Positions 38,642 through 47,973 of a stretch of DNA of 64,000 nucleotides are shown here, one piece after another. Location of the stretch: contig JANRLD010000053.1 in assembly GCA_033762915.1 (NCBI GenBank), positions 64,001 to 128,000 of the forward strand, read 5' to 3'. How positions within the stretch are numbered: the first letter of the stretch is position 1; each line of letters starts with the position of its first letter. Below the pieces are notes generated by a model that saw only the letters and a program-made list of their open reading frames with translations, was not told where the DNA came from and made no database searches. The position numbers and the translations under genes are program-made. The DNA is from Meiothermus sp. (GTDB lineage Bacteria > Deinococcota > Deinococci > Deinococcales > Thermaceae).

Positions 38642-40006
38642 ATGACTGCCGAAACCCGCCGTGAGATCGGAAAAATCGCTCTGCCGGTCAGCCTCGAGTC
38701 GGTCATCCAGCTGACCCTGAGCTTCGTCAATCAGGTGATCGTGGGGACGCTGGGAACGGCCACCATCGCCGCCGTGGGCCTGTCGAACAACGCCATTTTC
38801 ATCGGGATTCTGTGCCTGAACGTGCTGGGCTCGGGGTGCGCGATCATGGCCTCGAAGGCCCGGGGGCGGGGCGATGAGGAGGGGCTGGCCCGCATCGCCA
38901 CCTTCTCGCTGCTGTTTGCCTTCGTGCTCTCGCTCTCTATCGCGCTGCCGCTGTTCCTCTCGGGCGAGGGGTTCTTAAGACTGGTGGGGGCCAGCACCGA
39001 GCTGGCGACCATCGGGGGGCCGTACCTCAGCCTGTACGCCCTGACCCTGCCGCTCATCACCGCCAGTGTGGTGATGACCCAGACCTTCCGCACCATCGGG
39101 CGGGCCCGGCTGCCGCTGGTGGTCACGATGTCCACCCTGACCCTCACCCCGCCGCTGGCCTGGGTCTTTGTGACGCAGCTCGGCTGGGGCGCGGAGGGGG
39201 CCGCCTGGGCCGCCATCCTCACCCAGCTGTTGCGGGTGGGGCTGCTGGCCGGCTATCTGTTCGCCAGCCGCTGGGGCATCCGCTTCAGTTGGCCAGACTG
39301 GCCCCAGGCCAGGGCGATCCTGCGCGAGATGACCCCGTTGGTGCTGCCGCTGTTCATCACCGAGGTGGTGTTCAGCAGCGGGGTCTTCCTGTTCGCGCTG
39401 CTGGCCGAGCGGCTGGGCACCGCCGAGCTGGCGGCCTTTCAAATCGTGAGCACCCTCGAGAACATCTTCATCGTGGGGGCGGTGGGGTTCAACGCCGCCG
39501 CCACCATCCTCACCGCCAAGGCCATCGGGCAGGCCAACGCCTCGGAGGTCTGGCGCTGGTCGGGGAGCGTCTGGCGTTTCGGTTTTTTCGCCGCCATCGG
39601 GATGGGGGTGCTGTTCGGCCTGTCCGCGCTGATGGTGCCGCTCCTGTTCCCCAACACCACCCCCGCCGTGCAGCAGACGGCAATCTGGGGGGCGGTGCTC
39701 AACGCCGTCTTCATGCCTGTGAAGGCCTCCAATATGATCGGCTTCGGCATCCTGGCCACCGGGGGCGACACCCGCTATCTGCTGTTCTCCGACTTTCTGA
39801 CGGTTTTCGTGGTGGGGCTGCCGCTGGCCTATCTGCTGGCCTTCCCGCTGGGCATGGGCATCTGGGGGATATTCCTGGGCCGTCTGCTGGGCGAGGAGAC
39901 GGTGCGGATCTTGATACTCTTCTGGCGCTACCGCACGGGGGTCTGGTTCAAGCTCGAGCCAGCGCCGGGCTCGCCTCCCGACTCAAGAGCGGCGGGGGGC
40001 GGGTAG
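38642..40006 (+). CDS. MATE-family efflux transporter
   Basis: About 12 TM segments; IALP..LE, VG.LG..AIAAVG, LG..ELAA and GGDTR. Confidence 0.9.
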   Translation: MTAETRREIGKIALPVSLESVIQLTLSFVNQVIVGTLGTATIAAVGLSNNAIFIGILCLNVLGSGCAIMASKARGRGDEEGLARIATFSLLFAFVLSLSIALPLFLSGEGFLRLVGASTELATIGGPYLSLYALTLPLITASVVMTQTFRTIGRARLPLVVTMSTLTLTPPLAWVFVTQLGWGAEGAAWAAILTQLLRVGLLAGYLFASRWGIRFSWPDWPQARAILREMTPLVLPLFITEVVFSSGVFLFALLAERLGTAELAAFQIVSTLENIFIVGAVGFNAAATILTAKAIGQANASEVWRWSGSVWRFGFFAAIGMGVLFGLSALMVPLLFPNTTPAVQQTAIWGAVLNAVFMPVKASNMIGFGILATGGDTRYLLFSDFLTVFVVGLPLAYLLAFPLGMGIWGIFLGRLLGEETVRILILFWRYRTGVWFKLEPAPGSPPDSRAAGGG

Positions 40007-40201
40007 CGGGGGAACATCGGGTGCAGCGCTCAGCGGCCCGCCATTCCCCAAAACCCGACCGGCGAACTTCGGTCCCATGGACGGTCCGAGCGCATACCCG
40101 GAAAGGTTTAAGAAGTTGGGGCGGAGCCCCGCCCCAGGCCAGGCGAATATAACGCTCGAATAACGCCGACTTCGCTACCCTGCTGACATGCGAGGTACGG
40201 C

Positions 40202-40396
40202 ATGCCCAACCAGGCCCTGACTCTAATCGTCCGCATGTGGCTGGCCTCGGACGGCAGCATTAAGGCCTCGGTCAAGCCCGCCGAAGGGGGCGAGGTCCGG
40301 CACTTCGCCGACCTCCAGGGACTGATCGCCTACCTCGAGCAGGCCCGCCCCCCCGCCCCCACCCCCTCAAGCCAGGAACCCCAGGGGCTACGATGA
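40202..40396 (+). CDS. Small hypothetical protein
   Basis: IVR.W...GEVRHFADLQGLIAYLE; GAGG RBS. Confidence 0.6.
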   Translation: MPNQALTLIVRMWLASDGSIKASVKPAEGGEVRHFADLQGLIAYLEQARPPAPTPSSQEPQGLR

Positions 40397-40424
40397 GGGT
40401 CGAGGACGACTGGGAGGGCGGAGG

Positions 40425-41063
40425 CTACGCCTTCGCCGCGCTCAACTCTGCCACCCGGTCGCTGGGGACGATGAAGCCGCCGGAGACCACGTACTTCAGG
40501 GCGTCCTCGATGCTGATCTCGAGGGGGATCACGTCTGCGGACGGGACGATGATGGCCATGCCCGAGGCAGGGACGGGGCTGGTGGGCACTAGCACCACCG
40601 TATAGCCGTCGGGCAGGGGGGGCATCCGCTTGCCGACCTGGGCAGTGGCGATGAAGCAGAGGGTGTAGAGGCCCTTGCGGGGGTACTCGATCAGGGCAGC
40701 CCGCTGGAACTGGACCTCGGGCTGGCCCAGCAGGGTCTGGGAAATCTGCTGGACGGCGTTGTACACCTCGCGCACCAGCGGGATGGTCTTGATGCTGCGG
40801 TCTATGGCCCCCAAGATCACCCGCCCCACGTAGTTGCCGGTCAGGGCCCCCACCAGCGCCACCAGCCCCAGCGTGGCGATCAGGCCCAGGATGGGCAGGA
40901 CGGGGAGCAGCCAGCGGGCGGGCTCGGCATCTATGGCGCGCAGCACGGTGCCAATCAGGTTGGCCGACCAGTTATAGACCGCCACCAGCACGTAGATGGT
41001 AACCCCTATGGGCAGCACCGAGAGCAGCCCGGCGACAAAGTGGCGGCGCAGACGTTGGGTCAT
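40425..41063 (-). CDS. DUF502-family membrane protein
   Basis: FVAGLL..LP, IPLVREVY, IEYPRKG, VPTSP.P.SG and ALKYVVSGG. Confidence 0.88.
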   Translation of the reverse strand: MTQRLRRHFVAGLLSVLPIGVTIYVLVAVYNWSANLIGTVLRAIDAEPARWLLPVLPILGLIATLGLVALVGALTGNYVGRVILGAIDRSIKTIPLVREVYNAVQQISQTLLGQPEVQFQRAALIEYPRKGLYTLCFIATAQVGKRMPPLPDGYTVVLVPTSPVPASGMAIIVPSADVIPLEISIEDALKYVVSGGFIVPSDRVAELSAAKA

Positions 41064-41140
41064 GGCTGCCTAAGAGTTTACTCGAGCCGCCCCCCGCGAA
41101 AGGTGGGTTCCTCCCACCTTGCCCTCATCCTCGAGGGCCG

Positions 41141-41173
41141 TTCACAGTTCGTTCACGCGGGGTTGAATACACT
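41141..41173 (+). promoter_or_regulatory. Putative response-regulator direct-repeat box plus -10 element
   Basis: TTCACA-N5-TTCACG (11-bp period), then TACACT just before GTG 41180. Confidence 0.45.
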
Positions 41174-41179
41174 CAGGGG

Positions 41180-41659
41180 GTGAACGCTTTCGCCGACTGG
41201 CTTTTCGTGGTGGTTTGGGCGGTGGCTCTGTTCGCGACCTTCATCCCGGTGGTTCCGGCAGGCTTCATCATCGGCGGCGCAGTTTTGCTGCACGAGGTGC
41301 TGGTGGGGTTCGGCGAGGTCTCGCCGGCGCTGTGGGTGGGGCTGGGGCTGCTGATGGTACTTTCCTCGCTGGTAGACAACATCGCCGGGGCTGTCGGGGC
41401 CAAGCGCTACGGCGGTAGCCGCCAGGGCATCTGGGGGGCCTTCGTTGGCGGCATTCTGGGCATCTTCATCCTCCCGCCGGTAGGTCTGTTTCTGATGCCC
41501 TTTGTGGGTGCCTTCGTGGGCGAGCTGGTTGCGGGCAAGGCTCAGGACGCCGCCCTGCGCGGGGCCTGGGGTGCGGTGGTGGGGATGATCGGGGGGCTGT
41601 TTGGCAAGTTCATCCTCCACGCCCTGATGGGGATTCTGGTGATCCGGGCGATTTTCTGA
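41180..41659 (+). CDS. DUF456-family membrane protein
   Basis: PVVP, D...G..GAKRYGGS..G.WGA..G and PF.GA..GE. Confidence 0.88.
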   Translation: MNAFADWLFVVVWAVALFATFIPVVPAGFIIGGAVLLHEVLVGFGEVSPALWVGLGLLMVLSSLVDNIAGAVGAKRYGGSRQGIWGAFVGGILGIFILPPVGLFLMPFVGAFVGELVAGKAQDAALRGAWGAVVGMIGGLFGKFILHALMGILVIRAIF

Positions 41660-41822
41660 GGGCCAGTCGCCGTGCTTGAAGTCATCGGGCCTTCAACCCG
41701 AGCACAGCCCCAGCAAAGGGCGACGGCCTTAAACTCGCCACAAAGGGCGGCTCGAGGCGCTTACCCCGGTCTAGCCGTCTGAGGTTAAAACGGGTGTAGC
41801 ACATGGGGGGAAGAAACTTGCC

Positions 41823-41854
41823 TTCATGCCGTTTTCACACCGGCTATCTACCCT
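41823..41854 (+). promoter_or_regulatory. Putative response-regulator direct-repeat box plus -10 element upstream of htrA
   Basis: TTCATG-N5-TTCACA (11-bp period), then TACCCT. Confidence 0.45.
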
Positions 41855-41883
41855 AAACTAGCTATGATGAGGAGGTTCCACAC

Positions 41884-43188
41884 ATGTCGCTAAGAAACTC
41901 AGCCCTCGGGCTGGGGCTGGTGCTGGTGGTCGGCGGAGCGGTGGCCTGGTGGGGGTTCAGCCGCAGCCAGGACAGCACCGCCGCGCCCGCGCAAGACCCC
42001 AGCGCCGTCACCGCCCCCAATACGGTAGCCCCCGCGCCCAGCCCCGACCCGGCTTCCTCGCCGGACGCCCAGGCCCAGTTCAACCAGAACCGGGCGCTGC
42101 TCGAGAACGAGCGCAACACCATCGACGTGGTGCAGCGCACCGGTGACGGGGTGATCTACGTGGCGGTGCGCTCGGCCCCCCAGGCCACCTCCAACAACCG
42201 CGACTTCTTCAGCCAATTCCTGCAAGACCAGCCCCGGGAGGGCGAGGGCTCGGGCTTCGTGATCGAGGCCAACGGGCTGGCCCTGACCAACTACCATGTC
42301 GTCGAGGACGTGGCCCAGGGCGGCGGCGAGATCACCGTGCGCTTCCACAACGACCCCAAGAGCTACCCGGCCCGCATCGTGGGCACAGCAGAGCCGCTGG
42401 ACATGGCCCTGATCCGCATCGAAGCCCCCAGCGCCAAGTTCAAGCCAATGCCGCTGGGCAACTCCGACCAGGTGCGCGTGGGGCAGAAGACCATCGCCAT
42501 GGGCAACCCCTTCGGCCTCGAGTTCACCGTCACCGAGGGCATCGTCTCGGCGGTGCGGCGCAACCCCAGCGACACCGGCGGCTTCGTCCCCAGCGTGATC
42601 CAGACCGACGCCGCCATCAACCCCGGCAACTCCGGCGGGCCGCTGCTCAACTCGTCCGGCCAGGTCATCGGGATTAACAGCTTCATCTACTCCACCTCCG
42701 GCGGCTTCGGCGGGCAGGCCCAGTCGGCGGGCATCGGCTTCGCCATCCCCATCAACCTGGCCAAGCAGTACCTGCCCGACCTCAAGGCCGGGCGCCGCCT
42801 GACCCAGGAGGAGCTGATCCGCTCGAGGCCGCGTCTGGGCATCTCGCTCTCGCCCGGCTCGATGGCCGAGTACCCCGCCGAGGTGCGCCGCCAGAATCGT
42901 CTTCCCGAGAACGGCATCATGGTGGCCGAAGTCGAGGCGGGCGGCCCCGCCCAGCGGGCCGGTTTGCGGGCCGCCACCCGCAGCACCCCCATCCAGACCC
43001 CCCAGGGCACCGTCCAGCTCCCCATCAACGGCGACATCATCCAGGCGGCCGACGGCAACCCCATCAACAGCCTGGCCGACCTCCGCGCCATCCTCGCCTC
43101 TAAGCCTCCGGGCCAGACCATCGCGCTCAAGGTCTGGCGTGGCGGGCAGACAGTGACGGTGAACGTGGTGCCGCAGATTATTCGGTAA
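41884..43188 (+). CDS. htrA: HtrA/DegP-family serine protease with PDZ domain
   Basis: GSGF, TNYHVV, DMAL and IQTDAAINPGNSGGPL; C-terminal PDZ; N-terminal TM. Confidence 0.93.
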   Translation: MSLRNSALGLGLVLVVGGAVAWWGFSRSQDSTAAPAQDPSAVTAPNTVAPAPSPDPASSPDAQAQFNQNRALLENERNTIDVVQRTGDGVIYVAVRSAPQATSNNRDFFSQFLQDQPREGEGSGFVIEANGLALTNYHVVEDVAQGGGEITVRFHNDPKSYPARIVGTAEPLDMALIRIEAPSAKFKPMPLGNSDQVRVGQKTIAMGNPFGLEFTVTEGIVSAVRRNPSDTGGFVPSVIQTDAAINPGNSGGPLLNSSGQVIGINSFIYSTSGGFGGQAQSAGIGFAIPINLAKQYLPDLKAGRRLTQEELIRSRPRLGISLSPGSMAEYPAEVRRQNRLPENGIMVAEVEAGGPAQRAGLRAATRSTPIQTPQGTVQLPINGDIIQAADGNPINSLADLRAILASKPPGQTIALKVWRGGQTVTVNVVPQIIR

Positions 43189-43320
43189 GAGTCATAGTTG
43201 TAGGTCCTGCGCCAAAACTCAGTTTTTCCGTCGGGCCGCCCTTACCGGCGGCCTCTTCGCTCGAGCTTGGATTTTCCCCCTCCGCGTGCTACCCTCGAGA
43301 TTCTTGCCAGGGGGCTCATC

Positions 43321-44358
43321 ATGCACCGCGAAACCGTCCTCACCACCGCCAAAGCCCACGCCCCTGGGGAGCTGACCTACATGGCCCTGCAGGGCTCGAG
43401 GCTCTTCGGCTCACACGGCCCGCAGTCGGATTTCGACTTCAAGGCGATCTACCTGCCGCCGCTCATCGACGTTCTGGACAGCCGCCAGAAGGACTCGCTA
43501 ACGGTCAAGGACGAGGGGTTCGAGATCACCCTGTGGAGCTTCGCCTTCTGGCTGCGGCTGTTGTCGAACGGCGACACCAACGCCATTGACCTGTACTTCG
43601 CCCACACCCACCCCGAGGGCGTCTGGCTGGACAGCCCCTTGGTGGGGCGGCTGCGCGAGGTCTGCCCGGCCACCCGAATCCTGCCCCGCGGGCTGATGGG
43701 GATGCGCGGCTTCGCCCGCTCCCAGGCGATCAAGTACGGGGCTAAGGGCGACCACTACGCCGTCGCCAAGGCGGTGCTCGAGGCCGCCAACCGCTACGAG
43801 GTTACGGCTTTGCCGGAATCGCGCAAGCGACTCGCCTACGCCGCCCGCACCGATCTGCCTCGAGTCGGCGCTTTCTGGCAGGAATACGGCAGCACCCCCG
43901 CCGCCCGGGACCTCCAGCGCCGGTTCCCCCAGAAGCTGCGCCTGGCCAACGCCCCGGACGGCGTGGCCTGCCTGAAGGTGCTGGACAAGCTGTTCTACCT
44001 CGAGTCCCCCTTGGGGTTAATGCAGTCCGCCCTGCGCGGGGTGGTGGGGTCGTACGGCAAGCGCTCCATCGAAGCTGGGGAGCGGGGCAAGGGCGCGGAC
44101 TGGAAGGCGCTCTCGCACTCGTTACGGGTGCTCGACGAGGTGATCGAACTCCACTCCAAGGGCCGCGTGGACTTCCCGCTGAGGGACGCCGACCTGCACC
44201 GCCGCATCAAGCTGGGCGAACTCGAGTACGGCGCGGTGCTGGGAATACTCGAGCAACGCGAGGAGGAAGCCACCGAGGCCGAGCGGCTCAGCGTCCTGAG
44301 CGAACACACCGACCGCGAAGCGCTGGATAAGATGTTGAAAGAGGCCTATAAGCTGTAG
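43321..44358 (+). CDS. Pol-beta superfamily nucleotidyltransferase (RlaP/YcgL or phage NrdC.11-like)
   Basis: GSRLFG....SDFD.K (GS..DxD) and C-terminal DWKALSH..R....ELH..G...FPL.......IK.G. Confidence 0.75.
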   Translation: MHRETVLTTAKAHAPGELTYMALQGSRLFGSHGPQSDFDFKAIYLPPLIDVLDSRQKDSLTVKDEGFEITLWSFAFWLRLLSNGDTNAIDLYFAHTHPEGVWLDSPLVGRLREVCPATRILPRGLMGMRGFARSQAIKYGAKGDHYAVAKAVLEAANRYEVTALPESRKRLAYAARTDLPRVGAFWQEYGSTPAARDLQRRFPQKLRLANAPDGVACLKVLDKLFYLESPLGLMQSALRGVVGSYGKRSIEAGERGKGADWKALSHSLRVLDEVIELHSKGRVDFPLRDADLHRRIKLGELEYGAVLGILEQREEEATEAERLSVLSEHTDREALDKMLKEAYKL

Positions 44359-44374
44359 TTATTATCTAGAAAAT

Positions 44375-45169
44375 ATGGATGAAAATGCGCTAATTGCCCT
44401 TTTGCAATCGGAGTGGGGTAGTCTCAAGAAACCCTATAAGTTTGGGTATGACGATGGTAGTGGATTTCGCTTGTATAGGTCGATAAATTTCTCAGAGCTA
44501 ACTGATGATGCAAAAGCGCGGCTGTGTGAAATTGCTATTATCTATAGCTCCCCGAACTTGGGCTCAATGATCTCTGATGAAGATATCCCGTGGGTTCTTA
44601 GCGGCTTTGCGACCGATCTGGCATACTCCTCATTGGCCACTAGAAGAAAGATTCCTCTAGTAACAGCAATCAACATAATTCTAGAGAAGCCCCGTTTCCT
44701 CAACCTATTGGGTTTGCCTTTTTTCAATGAACACTTTGCTGTAGTTACCCCTTATCTAATCGCTGAGCTTGAATTATGGACGCGAATAAACTCTCCATAC
44801 TTAAACTTTCAAGGACTTGTAACCAAAGAGATTCCAAAAACTGTTGCAGCTCCTAAGAGGCACAAGCAAAAAGCTAAGAAACGAGGTACGCGAGAAAACC
44901 GTATAGGAGTTGCCCTTAGATCTATGCTCTTTAGAAACAAGTCGGATCTGGCTCAGCGGATAAAGCGGCTAGATCGGGGATTTAAGGCTTACGAGGTTAT
45001 GGAGAATGGCAACCCCAGGAGGATTGAGTCGATTGCTGACCGAATCGATCACACTAGAAACCTAATCATGCATGGAGAAGCCAACCTGATACCATCTGAG
45101 GCTTATTTCTTTGCTTTCCTACTAGCTATCTACTTTTACTCGATGGACAAATCGGTTTTAGGAAGTTGA
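44375..45169 (+). CDS. Hypothetical protein with a HEPN-like R-x4-H motif
   Basis: C-terminal RNLIMHG in a helical-looking context; AT-rich compared with neighbours. Confidence 0.6.
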   Translation: MDENALIALLQSEWGSLKKPYKFGYDDGSGFRLYRSINFSELTDDAKARLCEIAIIYSSPNLGSMISDEDIPWVLSGFATDLAYSSLATRRKIPLVTAINIILEKPRFLNLLGLPFFNEHFAVVTPYLIAELELWTRINSPYLNFQGLVTKEIPKTVAAPKRHKQKAKKRGTRENRIGVALRSMLFRNKSDLAQRIKRLDRGFKAYEVMENGNPRRIESIADRIDHTRNLIMHGEANLIPSEAYFFAFLLAIYFYSMDKSVLGS

Positions 45170-45172
45170 TAT

Positions 45173-46453
45173 ATGACCCACCTCAAAATCCTCCACCAGC
45201 TCTCCTTCCTCCCCGACCTCTACCTGGTGGGCGGGGCGGTGCGCGACATCCTGATGGGGCGCACGCCGGAGGACCTGGACTTCGCCACCTCCGCGCCGCC
45301 GGAGCGCGTCATGGAGCTGGCCCAGGCGCACGGCCTGGGGGCGGTTCCCACCGGCATCGAGCACGGCACCATCACCGTGCTGATCGACCACACGCCCTAC
45401 GAGGTGACCACCTTCCGGCACGACCTCGAGCCCGACGGGCGCAGGGCCAAGGTGGTGTGGGGCGGTTCCATCCACGAAGACTTGGCCCGCCGGGATTTCA
45501 CCATCGGGGCCATCGCGATGAGCCCGGCGGGCGAGGTGCTCGACCCCTTTGGCGGACAGGCCGACCTCGAGGCCAAGGTCTTGCGGGCGGTAGGCGAGCC
45601 GCGCCAGCGCTTCGCCGAAGACTACCTGCGGGTGATCCGGGCCGGGCGGTTCGCGGCGCGGTACGGCTTCGAGATCGAGAGGGAGACCCTGGAAGCCGCC
45701 CAGGGGGCCGCCCCCTGGGTGCTGCACCACGTCGCCATCGAGCGCGTCACCGCCGAGTTCGACAAGGCGTTTGCCCACCCCAACGCCAGCTGCTTCGTGC
45801 GCTACATGTTCGAGCTGCAGATCTTGCAGCAGCTCATCCCCGAGTTCGAGAACGCCGATCAGCTCTGGCAGAACCCCCGCTGGCACCCCGAGGGCGACGT
45901 GCTGACGCATGTGCTCGAGGTGATAGACCGCGCCCCGCCGCCCTACCGCTGGCACGCCCTGCTGCACGACATCGGCAAGGCCGACACGGCGAAGTGGAAG
46001 CCCGAGGGCTGGTACTCCTTCCACGGCCACGAGTTTGTCGGGGCCGACCTGATCCCCCGCATCGCCGCCGACCTCAAGCTGCCCAACGCGCTGCGCGACG
46101 AGCTGATCGTCACCACACGGCTGCACATGTACCCCGCCTTCACCCCACCCACCGGGCGCAACATCCGCAAGTTCCAGGCTGATGCGGGCCAGCACCTGGC
46201 CGCCCTCGAGGCTGTCTGCCGCGCCGACGCCGGGAACCGCCGCGACCCGGACACCTGGAAGTTCTTCGAGCCCCAGCCCGTCCCCATCCAGCCCATCTTG
46301 AGCGGGCGCGACCTCATTAAGCGCGGGCACCCGCCGGACAAGGCCTTCGGGAAGATGCTGCGGGCGGCTTTTGAGTGGCAGCTCGAGACCGGTGAGACCA
46401 ACAAAGAGCGGCTGTACCGGGCGGCGCTGGGGGCGTTGGAAGTTGAAGGTTGA
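45173..46453 (+). CDS. cca: Class II tRNA nucleotidyltransferase (CCA-adding type) with HD domain
   Basis: VGGAVRD, DLDFAT, EVTTFR, EDLARRDFT, DPFGG and EDYLR..R; HD part H.EGDV..H and LLHDIGK. Confidence 0.88.
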   Translation: MTHLKILHQLSFLPDLYLVGGAVRDILMGRTPEDLDFATSAPPERVMELAQAHGLGAVPTGIEHGTITVLIDHTPYEVTTFRHDLEPDGRRAKVVWGGSIHEDLARRDFTIGAIAMSPAGEVLDPFGGQADLEAKVLRAVGEPRQRFAEDYLRVIRAGRFAARYGFEIERETLEAAQGAAPWVLHHVAIERVTAEFDKAFAHPNASCFVRYMFELQILQQLIPEFENADQLWQNPRWHPEGDVLTHVLEVIDRAPPPYRWHALLHDIGKADTAKWKPEGWYSFHGHEFVGADLIPRIAADLKLPNALRDELIVTTRLHMYPAFTPPTGRNIRKFQADAGQHLAALEAVCRADAGNRRDPDTWKFFEPQPVPIQPILSGRDLIKRGHPPDKAFGKMLRAAFEWQLETGETNKERLYRAALGALEVEG

Positions 46454-46551
46454 CAGCTGAGGGTTGAACGACGGCAAAGGTAACCGACGAAAGTCGAGCG
46501 GAGGAGGGCTGTGCCGAGGTTGGGATTGCTATTGACTCTGACCTGCGACCC

Positions 46552-47973
46552 TCAGTAATACCTCGAGGGGTTCACGTAGAAATAGTTCCCATCGTCGTTG
46601 AGGATGGCCACCTGGAACCAAAGTTGCTCGGTGGGGATCAAGACCCCGCCGCCGGTGAAGCCGATCAGCTGCCGCCGGTCCACCCGCTGGCCCTCGCTCA
46701 CGCGCACGTCTTGCAGGTTGGTGTAGGTGGTGATGACCCGCTCGGAGTGCTGTATCGCCACGGTGTAGCCGTAATTGGATACGAAAAAGGTCGAGATCAC
46801 CCGCCCCGGCGCTGCGGCGAGTACCTGCATCCCCGCCGAGCTGCCCTCGATGGTCTGGTAGTCGTTGCCGCCCGCCCCGTAGCCCGCCGTGATCCGACCG
46901 CCCGGCATCGGGAAAGCCAGGCCCCCCACCAGCTCACGCGGCACCGCCCGGGCCTCGACCTGGCGATCGATGTCGCGCTGATCCTGGGCGGCCTGCTGCT
47001 GGCGGCGCTCCTCGGCGGCGCGGGCCTCGCGGGCCTCCTGGGCCCGCCTGGCCTCCTCGAGCCGCCGTATACGGGCGGCCTCGGCAGCCTGGCGGCGGCG
47101 CTCCTCGGCCAGCCTCGCCTGGCGCTCCGCCTCGAGCCTGCGGCGCTCCTCGGCGATGCGGCGCAGCTCGCTGCCGATGCGCCCCTGGATGCCCCCGAAC
47201 TCGCGCCGGAGCTGCTGCTGGGCCACCAGGGTCTCGCGCAGCAGGGCCTGCCGCCCCACACTCTGCTGGCGCAGGTTAGCCACCACGAGCTGGATGCTCC
47301 GCTGGTTCTGGGCGAGCTGGCCGATCCGGGCGTCGCGCTCGAGCTTGGCCTGATTCAGGTTGTTGACCAGCAGTTGCAACCGGTCGCGCTCCTCGTTCAG
47401 CGAGCGCACGGTGTTGTTGATCTGGTCCATCAGGTCGGTCTGGGTCGAGCCCAGAATCCCCACCCACCGGCTGCGCACGGCCAGGTCGGTGAAGGACTGT
47501 GCCCGCAGCAGCGGCAGGTAGCGGGCGGCCCGCTCACGGTGCAGGCTGTTGAGCAGGGTCGAGAGCCGCTGCTTGAGCCCCTCGAGGCGCTTCTCGAGGT
47601 CGGCGATGCGGGCCTCGGCCTCGCGCTGCTGGCCCTGCAACAGCCCGATCTGCTCCTCGATCTGGCGGCGCTCGCGCTCGAGCCGGGTAATCTCGCCCTC
47701 GAGCCGCCGGAACTGCCCCAGCTGCTGCTGGGTGGCCGCGTCCAGGTTGGCCAGGTCGAGGTTGAGCGCATTAATCCGGGCCTGCTGCTGCTGCTGCAAC
47801 TGCCGGTTCTGCTCGGCGGCTTGGCGGAGCTGATCCAGGAGATTGTTCTGGGCCAGGGCGGGGGCGAAAAGCAAAAGGGCGAGAACGGAGAAAAGAGGAA
47901 GGAGGAAGGAACAAGCCCGGGGCTCGAGGCGTGCCTTCTCTTCCCTCGTCCCCCTTCCTGCTCTCCCCCTCAT
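46552..47973 (-). CDS. envC: EnvC-like murein hydrolase activator (coiled coil plus degenerate M23 domain)
   Basis: Signal peptide, long coiled coil, M23-like C-terminus lacking HxxxD/HxH; coupled to ftsX. Confidence 0.8.
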   Translation of the reverse strand: MRGRAGRGTREEKARLEPRACSFLLPLFSVLALLLFAPALAQNNLLDQLRQAAEQNRQLQQQQQARINALNLDLANLDAATQQQLGQFRRLEGEITRLERERRQIEEQIGLLQGQQREAEARIADLEKRLEGLKQRLSTLLNSLHRERAARYLPLLRAQSFTDLAVRSRWVGILGSTQTDLMDQINNTVRSLNEERDRLQLLVNNLNQAKLERDARIGQLAQNQRSIQLVVANLRQQSVGRQALLRETLVAQQQLRREFGGIQGRIGSELRRIAEERRRLEAERQARLAEERRRQAAEAARIRRLEEARRAQEAREARAAEERRQQQAAQDQRDIDRQVEARAVPRELVGGLAFPMPGGRITAGYGAGGNDYQTIEGSSAGMQVLAAAPGRVISTFFVSNYGYTVAIQHSERVITTYTNLQDVRVSEGQRVDRRQLIGFTGGGVLIPTEQLWFQVAILNDDGNYFYVNPSRYY

